Source of the DNA: Squalus acanthias
Taxonomy: Eukaryota
Length of the DNA stretch: 64,000 nt
Assembly: GCA_030390025.1 (NCBI GenBank)
Contig: JASTWF010000337.1
Coordinates: 1-64,000 of the forward strand
Direction: 5' to 3'
Below, in pieces: positions 29,151-42,624 of this stretch. The translations under genes and the position numbers were made by a program. Numbering within the stretch: position 1 is the first letter of the stretch; each line of letters opens with the position of its first letter. The notes beneath the pieces were generated by a model. That model saw only the letters and a list, made by a program, of their open reading frames with translations, was not told where the DNA came from and searched no databases.

Positions 29151-30892
29151 AAGGTTGCAGAGATTGTAGGAGCATTGTTTACAGATGGTGCCTGACATGG
29201 GGTTTGAGTAGTGATGAATTCTGCGATATAACTCAAATTATATTTGTTAATCATATTGAGTTGTAGTAATTCAATTAACAACTTGGAATGGTTCCTATTT
29301 AATCTCATTTGGCTTCACAGAATGGGGTTGTGTCCATCAGCAGCCTGTTCATCTTGTACTGTGACCAGAATCCCTTCTGTGGGACTTTAATCATTTCTCA
29401 GAATGAGCTCTCAGAATATGAATTCCATTTCTTGCTTTTCAGCAGTCTTGTTTTGGCACACGCAGAAACCCATCACTCCTGCTTCAGCATTTCCAAACCA
29501 AGCTGTTTCAAAATCCACATACGGTCTCTGTTTGTCTAATAAGAAGGGCAGTTCATGCACACGCTCTCCCCACAGAGACCCTCCCCATTTACCTGTCCAG
29601 GGAGCTGAAGGGAACCTGACAGAACCGAGGCTTAGGAATCACAGGTGTGTGCAGGGGCACTGCTGGAGTGAACCAGCTAATACCACGTAACTCACCCACT
29701 GCTACTTGCTGCCTGTCCAGAGAGAACAATCCTACTCATTCAGACACTGGTTGCAAGATTATTTGAAGCCAAGTGGGAATTACCCAACCCCCAGTGACAG
29801 ATCTCTCCCTCCAGCTTCCATTAACGAGCCAGGCTGGCTGGTTAATTATCAACATTACCCTGGATTACTGCAGCCCTGCCTGGTTCCGATGCTGCGTTAC
29901 TGAGCGAACAGTGAGCTTGTGACTCAGTTCCAATCTTCTATCAACAGCCATGTCATTTTAGAATCAATCCAACCACAAAGAGACTTTACTTACTCCACTG
30001 CCCTCCCCAAGAGGAGTCACCAGTTGGTCATTAGACAGCTGACAAGTGTGGTTTTGAGCCCTGTTAGGTGTCAAATACCAAGGACTGTTCATTAGCAGCA
30101 TGGTGAGCAGTACAGCTCAGTACCACATGTGTCAGTGCACTGCCACCATCCTACTAACTAGAGCACGGGCACACACTGTATCCCAGTTGGAGGTGTAGAG
30201 CTTCAGCTGATGGTCTCACTGAGGTGCCTAGCCCTGGATATATGATCATGTGTTCTCAAACCCAGCCTCCAGGTAAAGCCAGCAGTTCTCACCCCAAATC
30301 TCAGATCTTCCTCATCAACTGTACAACATGGGCCTGGTGGAATGGCCTCCGCAGTGCAGCCTGCAATGTGCCGTCTACCTTTATGTTTGAGATGTTTAAG
30401 CCCAATGCCAACTCAGGCCAACTCTACACCAACTGTTTCATCCTATTGGCAGTCATTGCCAATGAGGTGCTGAGGACGCATCTGACAAATGTGATAAAGA
30501 TATAAATGCAAATCTGTCTTTCTTTTAATCCAGATCGTTTTATGCCTTTGGCAAGTAGATGTGGTGTGAAGATGCCTCCTGCAGGATACCCAATGGTGAT
30601 TGGCATCGAGAACCAAGCTCTCACTGGCCACAGCCATTTTTCCTTTGAGCCACAAATCCATCTCAGAGCTTGGTCCCAGACATTGCATGTGGGCAGAAGG
30701 AAGCCATTCTGTGGCAGGCCTAGCTCTTCTGAGTCATGGAAGAGAACAGTTTGGACACATGTATTATCTGCCACCAGCTTAAATTACATTGGGATTTTAC
30801 TGTCATTGAGGAGAGACGGGATTGATTCAATTGTCCCTTCTCAACAAGATCCTAAAAAACTGTGTCAAGCTAAAGTTGGCACCCATCAGGAC

Positions 30893-32362
30893 CCCGGGGA
30901 AGTGCCAGAGGACTGGAGAACAGCTAACGTAGTACCATTATTCAAGAAGGGTAGTAGGGATAAACCAGGGAATTACAGGCCAGTGAGCCGAACATCAGTG
31001 GTAGGGAAATTATTGGAAAAAATTCTGAGGGACAGAACTAGTCTCCACTTGGAGAGGCACGGATTAATCAGGGATAGTCAGCATGGCTTTGTCAGGGGGA
31101 GATCATGTCTAACCAATTTGATTGAATTTTTCGAGGGGGTGACTAGGTGTGTGGATGAGGGTAGTGCAGTTGATGTAGTCTATATGGACTTCAGTAAGGC
31201 TTTTGACAAAGTCCGCATGGGAGACTGGTCAAGAAGGTAAGAGCCCATGCGATCCAGGGCAATTTGGCACATTGGATCCAAAATTGGCTTAGTGGCAGGA
31301 GGCAGAGGGTGATGGTCGAAGGTTGTTTTTGTGACTGGAAGCCTGTGTCCAGTGGTGTACCGCAGGGATCGGTGCTGGGTCCTTTGCTGTTTGTAGTGTA
31401 CATTAATGATTTAGATATGAATGTAGGAGGTATGATCAGTAAGTTCGCAGATGACACGAAAATTGGTGGAGTGATAAATAGCGAGGAGGGAAGCCTCAGG
31501 CTACAGGACGATATAGATGGGTTGGTCAGATGGGCAGATCAGTGGCAAATGGAATTTAACCCTGAAAAGTGTGAGGTGATGCATTTTGGGAGGACTAACA
31601 AGGCAAGGGAATACACAATGAATGGTAGGACCCTAGGAAGGACAGAGGATCAGAGGGACTTTATTGTGCATGTACATCGATCCCTGAAAGCAGCAGGACA
31701 GGTAGATAAGGTGGTTAAAAAGGCATATGGGATACTTGCCTTCATTATCCGAGGCATAGAATATAAGAGCAGGGAGGTTATGATGGAGCTGTACAAAACG
31801 CTAGTTAGGCCACAGCTGGAATACTGTGTGCAGTTCTGGTCGCCACACTATAGGAAGGATGTGATTGCATTGGAGAGGGTGCAGAGGAGATTCACCAGGA
31901 TGTTACCTGGGCTGGGGCGTTTCAGCTATGAAGAGAGACTGGACAGGCTGGGGTTGTTTTCCTTAGAGCAGAGAAGGCTGAGGGGGGACCTGATTGAGGT
32001 GTACAAAATTATGAGGGGCGTAGATAGGATAGATAGAAAGGAATTATTCCCCTTAGTAGAGGGGTCAATAACCAGGGGGCATAGTTTCAAGATAAGGGGC
32101 AGGAGGTTTAGAGGAGATTTGAGGAAAAACTTTTTCACCCAGAGGGTGGTTGGAATCTGGAACTCACTGCCTGAAAGGGTGGTAGAGGCAGGAACCCTCA
32201 CAACATTCAAGGAGCATTTAGATGAGCACTTGAAACGCCATAGCATACAAGGCTACTGACCAAGTGCTGGAAAATGGGATTAGAATAGACAGGGCTTGAT
32301 GGTCGGCGCGGACACGATGGGCCGAAGGGCCTCTTTCTGCGCTGTATAACTCTATGACTCTC
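30893..32362 (+). mobile_element. 5'-truncated CR1 LINE (RT region plus 3' UTR), one frameshift
   Basis: GEVPEDWRTANVVPLFKKG...DFSKAFDKV, then ORF 31264-32259 with SGVPQGSVLGP and KFADD. The tail is TAACTCTATGACTCT. Confidence 0.95.
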
Positions 32363-32464
32363 TGACCAACCCCTTCTCATTCATGACCTTTGTATAGACT
32401 CCCAGTGGATCCGATCCTTCCAATTCAATCCACTATAGAATTCCAATGAATCAGGATACAGAAC

Positions 32465-32617
32465 TATAGAATCCTGCAGCACAGAAGGAGACCATTCGGC
32501 CCATCATGCCTGTGCCGGCTCTTTGAAAGAGCTCTCCAATTAGTCCCACTCCCCTGCTCTCTCCCCGTAGCCCTGCAAATTTTTCCTTTTCAAATATTTA
32601 TCCAATTTCCTTTTGAA
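32465..32617 (-). mobile_element. Short CR1-type 3' end fragment
   Basis: AGAAGGAGACCATTCGGCCCATC...CTCCCCGTAGCCCTGC resembles the reverse complement of the CR1 3' UTRs elsewhere in the window. Confidence 0.6.
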
Positions 32618-33081
32618 TTACTGTAATCATTTCTATTGCTTCCCTTGCTTTCTCATTGTATAGAATATCAATGGACCGCACATTCCCATATATTCCCACT
32701 GTACAGAATTTTAATGTACCGTCACTCTCTGTTTATCCCATTATAAGGAGTTTCTTTGTATTCCTCATTTAACAGTGAACAAAGTGTGGTGTCGGGATAA
32801 GAAACCTGACTGGAGAAGTTGTTGACTGCGGTGAAACGTTCAAATTCCAGAAGTAAGTAGTTCTGTGTAAGAGGGGACGGAGGTTCCAGGGATCTCATGC
32901 GGGGAAGGTGTAAGGACAAATCCCCACGGTTGCAAAGTTGTGCTTCAAGGCATCGGCTGTACAAGTGGTGATTGGTCAATGTGCTGCTCTCCTTTGAGAA
33001 GAAGAGGGTACCTGATAACAACTCTTCAATTTTGGACATAAATAAGAAAAATAAACATCAAAAACAGAGGAAACATCACAG

Positions 33082-33275
33082 GCAACCTGTATTTATATCG
33101 TGCCTCATGCGTCCTTAGGATGGACTAAAGTGCTTCATTGCCAACTAATTACTTTCTGAAATGTAGTTACTGCTGTAATGTAGGAAAACACAGCAGCCAG
33201 TTTGCGCACAGCAAGGTCCCACAAACAGCAATGAGGTGAATGCCCAGCTAATTTGTTTTTCTGGTGATGTTGGTT
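33082..33275 (-). mobile_element. Deu-domain SINE, 3' half (split by the LINE at 33276)
   Basis: Reverse complement matches 41500-41670 (GCTGTTTGTGGGA.CTTGCTGTGC.CAAA.TGGCTGC). Confidence 0.78.
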
Positions 33276-36200
33276 CATAGTGGTAACGTCACTGGGCTAG
33301 TAATCCAGAGGCCTGGGCTAATGATCAAGAGACGTGAGTTCAAATCCCACCACGGCAGCTGGGGAATTTAAATTCAGTTAATTAAATAAATCTGGAAAAA
33401 TTACTAGTATCAGTAATGGTGACCATGAAACTATCGGATTGTTGTAAAAACCCATCTGGTTCACTAATGCCCTTTAGGGAAGGAAATCTGCCTTCCTTAC
33501 CTGGTCTGGCCTATATGTGACTCCAGACCCACAGTAATGTGGTTGAGTCTTAACTGCCCTCTGAAATGGCCCAGCAAGCCACTCAGTTGTAACAAACCGC
33601 TACGAAACACAAAAATAAGAATGAAACCGGACGGACCACCCGGCTTCGAGCTTGGCACCGGCTTCGGACACGACAACGGCACACCCAGCCCAGTCGACCC
33701 TGCAAAGTTCTCCCCACTATCAGGGGACTTGTGCCAAAATTGGGAGAGCTGTCCCACAGACTAGTCAAGCAACAGCCTGACATAGTCATACTCACAGAAT
33801 CATACCTTTCAGCCAATGTCCCAGACTCCTCCATCACCATCCTCTGGTATGTCCTGTCCCACCGGCAGGACAGACCCACCAGGGGTGGCGGCACAGTGGT
33901 ATACAGTCAGGAAGGAGTGGTCCTGGGAGTCCTCAACATTGACTCCGGACCCCATGAAGTTCATGGCTTCAGGTCAAGCATGGGCAAGGAAACCTCCTGC
34001 TGATTACCACCTACCGCCCCCCTCAGCTGATGAATCAGTACTCCTCCATGTTGAACACCACTTGGAAGAAGCACTGAGAGTAGCAAGGGCACAGAATGTA
34101 CTCTGGGTGGGGGGACTTCAATGTCCATCACCAAGAGTGGCTCGGTAGCACCACTACTGACCGGGCTGGCCGAGTCCTGAAGGACATAACTGCCAGTCTG
34201 GGCCTGCGACAGGTGGTGAGAGAACCAACATGAGGGAAAAACCTACTTGACCTCGTCCTCACCAATCTACCTGTCACAGATGCATCTGTCCATGACAGTA
34301 TTGGTAGCAGTGACCACAGCCCAGTCATTGTGGAGACGAAGTCCCGTCTTCACACTGAGGACACCTTCCATTGTGTTGTGTGGCACTACCACTGTGCTAA
34401 ATGGGATAGATTCAGAACAGATCTAGCAGCTCAAAACTGGGCATCCATGAGGCGCTGTGGGCCATCAGCAGCAGCAGAATTGTACTCCACCACAATCTGT
34501 AACCTCATGGCCCGGCATATCCCTCACTCTACCATTACCATCAAGCCAGGGGACCAACCTCGGTTCAATAAGGAGTGTAGAAGAGCATACCAGGATCAGC
34601 ACCAGGCGTAACTAAAAATTAGGTGCCAACCTGCGGAAGCTGCAACACAGGACTATATGCATGCTAAAAAGCAGAAGCAGAATGCTATAGACAGGGCTAA
34701 GCGATCCCACAATCAACGGATCAGATCAAAGCTCTGCAGTCCTGCCACATCCAGTCGTGAATGGTGGTGGACCATTAAACAACTAACGGGAGGAGGAGGC
34801 TCCATGAATATCCCCATCCTCAATGATGGTGGAGTCCAGCACGCGAGTGCAAAAGACAAGGCTGAAGCATTTGCAACCATCTTCAGCCAGAAGTGCCGAG
34901 TGGATGATCGATATCGGCCTCCTCCTGTGGTCCCCACCATCAGAGAATCCAGTCTTCAGCCAATTCGATTCACTCCACGTGATATCAAGAAATGGCTGAG
35001 CGCACTGGATACAGCAAAGGCTGTGGGCCCCGACAACATTCCGGCTATCGTGCTAAAGACTTGAGCTCCAGAACTAGCCGCGCCTCTAGCCAAGCTGCTC
35101 CAGTACAGCTACAACACTGGCATCTATCCGACAATGTGGAAAACTGCCCAGGTATGTCCTGTCCACAAAAAGCAGGACAAATCCAACCCGGCCAATTACC
35201 GCTCCATCGGTCTACTCTCAATCATCAGCAAAGTGACGGAAGGTGTCATCGAAAGAGCTATCAAGCGGCACTTACTCACCAATAACCTGCTCACTGATGC
35301 CCAGTTTGGGTTCCGCCAAGACCACTCGGCTCCCGACCTCATTACAGCCTTGGTTCAAACATGGACAAAGGAGCTGAATTCCAGAGGTGAGGTGAGAGTG
35401 ACTGCCCTTGACATCAAGGCAGCATTTTATCAAGTGTGGCATCAAGGAACCCTCGTAAAACTGAAGTCAATGGGAATCAGGGGGAAAACGCTCCATTGGC
35501 TGGAGTCATACCTAGCACAAATGAAGATGGTTGTGGTGGTTGAAGGTCAATCATCACAGCCCCAGGACATCGCTGCAGGAGTTCCTCAGGGGAGTGTCCT
35601 AGCCCCAACCATCTTCAGCTGCTTCATCAATGACCTTCCCTCCAATATAAGGTCAGAAATGGGGATGTTCGCTGATGACTGCACAGTGTTCAGCACCATT
35701 CCCAACTCCTCAGATAATGAAGCAGTCCATGCCCGCATGCAACAAGACCTGGATGACGTTCATGCTTGGGCTGATAAGTGGCAGGTAACATTCACGCCAC
35801 AGAAGTGCCAGGCAATCATTTTCTCCAACAAGTGAGAGTCTAACCACCTCTCCTTGACATTCAACAGTATTACCATCGCCGAATCCCCCACTATCAACAT
35901 CCTGGGGGTCGCCATTGACCAGAAACGTAACTGGACCAGCCACATAAATACTGTGGCAACAAGAGCAGGTCAGAGGCTGGGTATTCTGCGGCGAGTGTCT
36001 CACCTCCTAACTCCCCACAGCCTTTCCACCATCTACAAGCACAAGTCAGGAGTGTGATGGAACACTCTCCACTTGCCTGGATGAGTGCAGCTCCAACAAC
36101 ACTCAAGAAGCTCGACACCATCCAGGACAAAGCAGCCCGCTTGATTGGCACCCCATCCACCACCTTAAACATTCACTCCCTCCACCACCGGCGTACCGTG

Positions 36201-36576
36201 GCTGCAGTGTGCACCATCTACAAGATGCACTGCAGCAACTCGCCAAGGCTTCTTCGGCAGCACCTCCCAAACCCGCGACCTCTTCCACCTAGAAGGACCA
36301 GGGCAGCAGGCGCATGGGAACACCACCACCTCCAAGTTCCCCTCCAAGTCACACACCATTCTGACTTAGAAGTATATCGCCGATCCTTCATCGTCGCTGG
36401 GTCAAAATCCTGGAACTCCCTCCCTAACAGCACTGTGGGAGTACCTTCACCACACGGACTGCAACAGGTTCAAGGTGGCGGCTCACCACCACCTTCTCAA
36501 GGGCAATTAGGGATGGCAATAAATGCTGGCCTTGCCAGTGACGCCCACATCCCATAAACAAATTAAAAAAATAAAC
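33276..36576 (+). mobile_element. 3.3-kb APE-RT LINE (CR1/L2 group) with a tRNA-like 5' head and no visible ORF1; decayed
   Basis: Partial A box CATAGTGGT (33276) and B box GTTCAAATC (33338). APE motif PDIVILTESYL; RT motifs ALDIKAAF, AGVPQGSVL and MFADD. The 3' tail has AATAAA and an A-rich end. Several stops and frameshifts. Confidence 0.9.
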
Positions 36577-36672
36577 AAATATTGGCTGGCACACCGGGGA
36601 GAACTCCACTTGCTCTTCGCGATTAGATCCACCTGAGAGGGCAGATGGAGCCTCAGTTCAACGTCATCTCTC
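36577..36672 (-). mobile_element. Deu-domain SINE, remaining 5'-ward part of the split copy
   Basis: AATATTGGC..GCACACCGGGGAGAACTCC...ATCCACCTGAGAG is the reverse complement of about 41385-41495. Confidence 0.75.
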
Positions 36673-36682
36673 GCAATACGAC

Positions 36683-37033
36683 AGTCCTTCAGACAGAGGG
36701 TTAATGGGCTCTGTGTAGAAAGAGTCCTTCAGACAGAGGGTTAATGGGCTCTGTGTAGAAAGAGTCCATCAGACAGAAGGTTAATGGGCTCTGTGTAGCA
36801 AGAGTCCATCAGACAGAGGGTTAATGGGCTCTGTGTAGAAAGAGTCCTTCAGACAGAGGGTTAATGGGCTCTGTGTAGAAAGAGTCCATCAGACAGAGGG
36901 TTAATGGGCTCTGTGTAGCAAGAGTCCATCAGACAGAGGGTTAATGGGCTCTGTGTAGAAAGAGTCCATCAGACAGAGGGTTAATGGGCTCTGTGTAGCA
37001 AGAGTCCATCAGACAGAGGGTTAATGGGCTCTG
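36683..37033. repeat. 40-bp minisatellite (about 9 copies) AGTCCWTCAGACAGAGGGTTAATGGGCTCTGTGTAGMAAG
   Basis: Exact 40-nt periodicity is visible. Confidence 0.97.
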
Positions 37034-37524
37034 AGAACAGGAAGCGAGTCACCACTCGGGGTTTAATGGATGCCGTTTTTAAACACTATTATACTGGGTT
37101 GAATGTACAGTGTGAGGAGTTAATCGATTCTGTTTTGTGTAATGGTCCCTGGGGACTGAAAGCATTCGTTATATTCGCCTCCACTCCTGCCCGAATCGGA
37201 AGGCTTGGTAAAGATTTAACAGCTTTCTGTCACACTGAATTGTTTTATGTTTTAATAAGTGTCTCCTGGGAATTGATTTATCTTTACGCTGGTACGAGAG
37301 TGCTGTTGTAACCCAGGGTGGAAGTGCTGGGTGCTTCTCAACATGATTCACCACATGATTGTAGAGCTGAACCACTTCCAACATGACCTGATGATGTCAT
37401 TCTGGTTACCACGGTAATATGGAGTTGTTGGCATCTTTTCCATTTGTTGATGGTTCATTTTTTCCAACCTGTGCCGGTCAGACGCAGGGATGATTTTTGC
37501 GCCTATAATACGCCGAGAATATCT

Positions 37525-37942
37525 TGGTCTTTGTCCTTGCCTCAGTTCATCTGCTGCTGAAACCCTCATCCATGCCTTTGTTACCTCAAGGTTCAATTAT
37601 TCCAGTGTACCCCTGGCCGGCCTCCTATCTTCCACCCTCTGTGAACTTGAGCTCTTACAGAATTCGGCTGCCCGTGTCCTAACTCACACCAAGTCCCGTT
37701 CACCCATTACCCCTGTGCTCGCTGACCTACATTGACTCCCGGTCCGGAAACACCTCGATTTTAAAATTCTCATCCTTGTTTTCAAATCCCTCCATGGCCT
37801 CGCCCCATCCTATCTCTGTAACCTCCTCCTGCCCTATAACCCTCCAAGATCTCTGTGCTCCTCTCGTTCTGGCCTCTTGCACATCCCCAATTTTCTTCAG
37901 TCCACCATTGGTGGCTGTGCCTTCAGCTGCCTAGGCCCTAAA
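37525..37942 (+). mobile_element. L2-clade LINE ORF2 C-terminal fragment
   Basis: AETLIHAFVTSR...LQNSAARVLT...ITPVLADLH, followed by FKILILVFKSLHGLAP; these are typical L2 motifs. Confidence 0.85.
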
Positions 37943-38247
37943 GGTAATGGCAATAGCGCTTATCACAACTTTGGCATCTTCTCTGTTTAACCCACCCCAA
38001 TATTCCCCAACATGCCCAAATGGCACCAAGTGGGCCAAAACCCCAACGGAACAACTGCCAGCATTACCAACATCCCAAGACACATCACAGAATGAACATG
38101 GACACCATGCGCCAATAGCAGTGAGATGGGCAAACAGGACAGTTATCAGATGGCTTTTGAATGGGAGAGAGACGTACCAAAGTGGTGGGTTTACAGAGAG
38201 ATCTCCAGAGCGATGTGCTGAGGACTCGGCACCGAGAGTAGAGCACA

Positions 38248-39846
38248 GTGAGGGGGGATTGTGAGGGGGGATTGTGAGAGGGGATTGTGAGGGGGGGATG
38301 TGAGGGGGGATTTTGAGGGGGGATTGTGAGGGGGGGATGTGAGGGGGGATTGTGAGGGGGGATTGTGAGAGGGCATTGTGAGGGGGTGGATTGTGAGGGG
38401 GGGGATTGTGAGGGGGGGATTGTGAGAGGGCATTGTGAGGGGGTGGATTGTGAGGGGGGGGATTGTGAGGGGGGGGATTGTGAGGGGGGGATTGTGAGGG
38501 GGGGGATTGTGAGGGGGGGATTGTGAGGGGGGGGATGTGAGGGGGGATTGTGAGGGGGGGATGTGAGGGGGGGATTGTGAGGGGGGATTGTGAGGGGGGA
38601 TTGTGAGGAGGGGATTGTGAGGGGGGGATTGTGAGGGGGGATTGTGAGGGGGGATTGTGAGGGGGGGATTGTGAGGGGGGATGTGAGGGGGGATTGTGAG
38701 GGGGGGATGTGAGGGGGGGATTGTGAGGGGGGGATTGTGAGGGGGGGATGTGAGGGGGGATTGTGAGGGGGGGATGTGAGGGGGGGGATTGTGAGGGGGG
38801 ATTGTGAGGGGGGATTGTGAGGGGGGATTGTGAGGGGGGGGATTGTGAGGGGGGGATTGTGAGGGGGGGATTGTGAGGGGGGATTGTGAGGGGGGATTGT
38901 GAGGGGGGATTGTGAGGGGGGATTGTGAGGGGGGATTGTGAGGGGGGATTGTGAGGGGGGATTGTGAGGGGGGGATTGTGAGGGGGGATTGTGAGGGGGG
39001 ATTGTGAGGGGGGATTGTGAGGGGGGATTGTGAGGGGGGATTGTGAGGGGGGATTGTGAGGGGGGATTGTGAGGGGGGATTGTGAGGGGGGGATTGTGAG
39101 GGGGGATTGTGAGGGGGGATTGTGAGGGGGGGATTGTGAGGGGGGGATGTGAGGGGGGATTGTGAGGGGGGATTGTGAGGGGGGATTGTGAGAGGGGGGA
39201 TTGTGAGGGGGGGATTGTGAGGGGGGATGTGAGGGGGGGATTGTGAGGGGGGATGTGAGGGGGGGATTGTGAGGGGGGGATGTGAGGGGGATTGTGAGGG
39301 GGGGATTGTGAGGGGGGGATTGTGAGGGGGGGATGTGAGGGGGGATTGTGAGGGGGGGATTGTGAGGGGGGGATTGTGAGGGGGGGATGTGAGGGGGGAT
39401 TGTGAGGGGGGATTGTGAGGGGGGATTGTGAGGGGGGATTGTGAGGGGGGATTGTGAGGGGGGATTGTGAGGGGGATTTTGAGGGGGGATTTTGAGGGGG
39501 GGATTGTGAGGGGGGGATTGTGAGGGGGGATGTGAGGGGGGATTGTGAGGGGGGGATGTGAGGGGGGGATTGTGAGGGGGGATTGTGAGGGGGGGATTGT
39601 GAGGGGGGGATTGTGAGGGGGGGATTGTGAGGGGGGGATGTGAGGGGGGATTGTGAGGGGGGATTGTGAGGGGGGATTGTGAGGGGGGGATTGTGAGGGG
39701 GGATTGTGAGGGGGGATTGTGAGGGGGGATTGTGAGGGGGGATTGTGAGGGGGGATTGTGAGGGGGGATGTGAGGGGGGATTGTGAGGGGGGGATTGTGA
39801 GGGGGGGGATTGTGAGAGGGGATTGTGAGGGGGGGATGTGAGGGGA
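38248..39846. repeat. G-rich minisatellite, unit about ATTGTGA(G)6-8 (12-15 bp)
   Basis: Directly visible; strongly strand-asymmetric. Confidence 0.97.
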
Positions 39847-40204
39847 TTTATTAATGAGGATAAGGATTTTCAATGAAATATTTTATGGAATGGGAGCCAA
39901 TGGTAGTTGTTGAGGATGGGAGTGAAGTGGACAATGACTGTGTGGAATATCATGGTGTGATGGACAGTGGGATAGGATGGTGTTTCTGGGGATCAGGAAT
40001 ATGGGATAGGATGAGGGTGATGGGGAATATTGGGGTGGGTTAAACGCAGAGATAGGTGATGCTGTGGAGGTGGAAATGGCTTGTCGCTGGGAGACAGGAT
40101 GTGGGGGTTTGAATCTCAACTCAGGGTCAAACAGGGCAGTGAGACTGAACCTGAATGAACAGCTGGAAAGAAGATTGGAATTGAGCGCTTGAAGGCCTGG
40201 CTGG

Positions 40205-40517
40205 AGACTCTAGAACTAGGGGTCACAGTCTCAGGATAAGGGGTCGGCCATTTAGGACTGAGATGAGGAGGAATTTCTTCACTCAGAGGGTGGTGAATCT
40301 TTGGAATTCTCTGCCCCAGAGGGCTGTGGATGCTCAGTCTTTGAGTATATTCAAGGCTGAGATCGATAGATTTTTGGACTCTAGGGGAATCAAGGGATAT
40401 GGAGATCGGGCGGGAAAGTGGAGTTGAGGTGGATGATCAGCCATGATCTTATTGAATGGTGGAGCAGGCTCGAGGGGCCAAATGGCTGACTCCTGCTCCT
40501 ATTTCTTATGTTCTTAT
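40205..40517 (+). mobile_element. CR1 3' terminal fragment
   Basis: Encodes SRTRGHSLRIRGRPFRTEMRRNFFTQRVVNLWNSLP, followed by the 3' UTR and a TTCTTATG tail. Confidence 0.9.
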
Positions 40518-41247
40518 GATGAGAGCTTGCCACAGACCCACAGGTCAGAGGGCTGTGACACGCACACATGCTTGATTTCAGTTTATCTCCCACACATGTG
40601 ATCTGGTTGTCTGTTCGGTGCCTTTGGAATCTCTTCAGATGCCTTGATTGTGATTGCACCTCTTTGTCCATTTGCTTACTGCGCCTTCTTAAACCTTCTT
40701 AAATATCTAAATATAGCTCATGGACATCTGGGCCTCAGTGTTTGTTTAGCAGTCCCATCATTATTCCCGAGCAGTAGGCCTGTGGCCCAGAGGGACAGGC
40801 TGACCGAGGTGGAGTCAGTGTGGCTGATGTTAAGTTGAGAAAGTACTTGGACCTATTGTGAACCAGCAGTTGGACAGCACAGACCTGCCCATGAAGTGCA
40901 GGGTGGTGAAGGAGAGATAGGAGGGCGGGCCCTCAGATGGCCCCATGTCTGCGGATGATGTCACTGGAGGGCAGCCTGCAGACATTGGGCACCCCCAAGG
41001 TGACTGTGTGGGGGTTAGAGGAGAAGCCATTGCAGGCTACATTGGTGCGGGAGCGTGGACCATGCAGATGTGTTGGAGGAGGATGCAGTGGTAGACCATG
41101 CCTGATATCTGGAAGTTTGGAGAGGACAAGAGAGGAAAGCTGCTACAGTCGGCCACACAGGACGTTGTTGATGAATTGAGGTCAGTGATTCAGGGCGGAC
41201 CTCAGCTGAATGAGTCCAGCTGGTATCTCATTTTTAGACAGTAGATA

Positions 41248-41672
41248 TCAGCCGTGGCTCACTGGGTCGCACTCTTGCGCGAGTCAAAAGGTTATGGGTT
41301 CGAGCTCCACTCCAGAGACTCGAGCCCATAATCTAGACCGGCGCTCCAGTGCAGTGCTGAGGGAGTGCTGCACTGTCTTTCGGATGAGACGTTAAACCGA
41401 GGTCCCGTCTGCTCTCCCAGGTGGATGTAAAAGATCCCATGGCACTATTCGAAGAAGAGCAGGGGAGTTCTCCCCGGTGTCCTGGGGCCAATATTTATCT
41501 CTCAATCAACATCGCAAAAACAGATTATCTGGTGATTATCACATTGCTGTTTGTGGGAGCTTGCTGTGCACAAATTGGCTGCCGTTTATCCTACATTACA
41601 ACAGTGACGACGCTTCAAAAAGTACTTCAAAGGCTGTAAGGTGCTTTGCAACGTCCTGAGGATTTTAAAAGG
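41248..41672 (+). mobile_element. tRNA-derived Deu-domain SINE (SacSINE1/AmnSINE1-like)
   Basis: tRNA-like head (GTGGCTCACTGG...GGTTCGAGCTCC), then TTCGGATGAGACGTTAAACCGAGGTCC...AAAGATCCCATGGCAC...CCCCGGTGTCCTGG, recognised as the Deu core from memory. Confidence 0.78.
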
Positions 41673-42424
41673 TGTTTTGAAGTACTGTTGGGTTCAGGAA
41701 CAGCTCCTCCTCCTACTCTTTGCCACTGGCGCTAACTCACAGAATGGCCTAACCAGGAACCTGCTGACACTGCCGATTCCGTTAACTTTCAGCTCCAATA
41801 CTCTCAGATTATCCTGGCAGCATTTCACTGACTTTAATCAATCTTTGACCTCTTTAAAATTGCGACCGAGGTTTCATTATTTGACACAATTTAATTAATT
41901 GCAATTTTAACAGAATTTGTTATTTAACGCCCTGCAGCATTTTGCTAGCAGTGACCGACGAGCCAGCTGGCTCCAGATTGTGCCAGGACATTCCCGGAGC
42001 TGAGCGGACTGGACACAGAGACATCTCACACTGGACCATTCTTCACTCACTTTAAAATGAAGCAGCAACTCATTAGCCCCATCGAGGAGAGAGATTAGAG
42101 GCTGAGAAATTAGAAAACACACATTCATTCAGCAAGACTTTAATTAGAAGAAAGTCAGTAAATGAAATGGATTTTTTTGGCAGATTAAATGGTTATCGAG
42201 CTGGTCGCTGAGTTGGGTGTGAAAACAGTTTGAGCTCAGTCGCCCTTGGTGGGCAATCACGCAACTCAGAGCTTTAGAGTGAAGAACATCAAGTTACTGT
42301 GGCAACATCCCATAGTCTGTCAGGAGAGTCCCAAACATCTCAGAGCAACAAGGAGGAGCTCAGCTCCTTGTGGCCGAGCGAACAGAAGGACTCCTGGGAT
42401 AAGGTGCAGACAATGCTATCAGCA

Positions 42425-42572
42425 CGTTACCTGTGCCTGGAGGCCTCAGACCCATCGCAAACCCCTGGGTGGACAGTTGATGGAAAGCCCCTGCTGGCCC
42501 TCGTGTGCCTTGGGGTCTTATTCCACAACTCGGTTACCCACTGGGACAAACATTCCAACGTCTTATTGCTGT
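42425..42572. repeat. 148-bp direct repeat, copy 1
   Basis: Matches 45450-45597 with 3 mismatches. Confidence 0.95.
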
Positions 42573-42624
42573 GTTCCCCAATCTCTGTGTCTGATGCATT
42601 CAGGGAGGTGTTAGCAGGAGATCA

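Noticed and set aside
32722..33039. Possible host exon (minus-strand 105-aa ORF, or plus-strand AG/GTAAGT-bounded 32776-32852)
   Set aside because: No recognisable protein. The plus-strand candidate has stops in all three frames, and no partner exons were found. A non-coding exon cannot be excluded.
33276..33355. tRNA gene (also 41248-41320)
   Set aside because: A/B boxes are present but there is no complete cloverleaf; these are retroelement heads.
38191..39873. 560-aa proline-rich extensin-like ORF
   Set aside because: It is a translation of the C-rich strand of a minisatellite.
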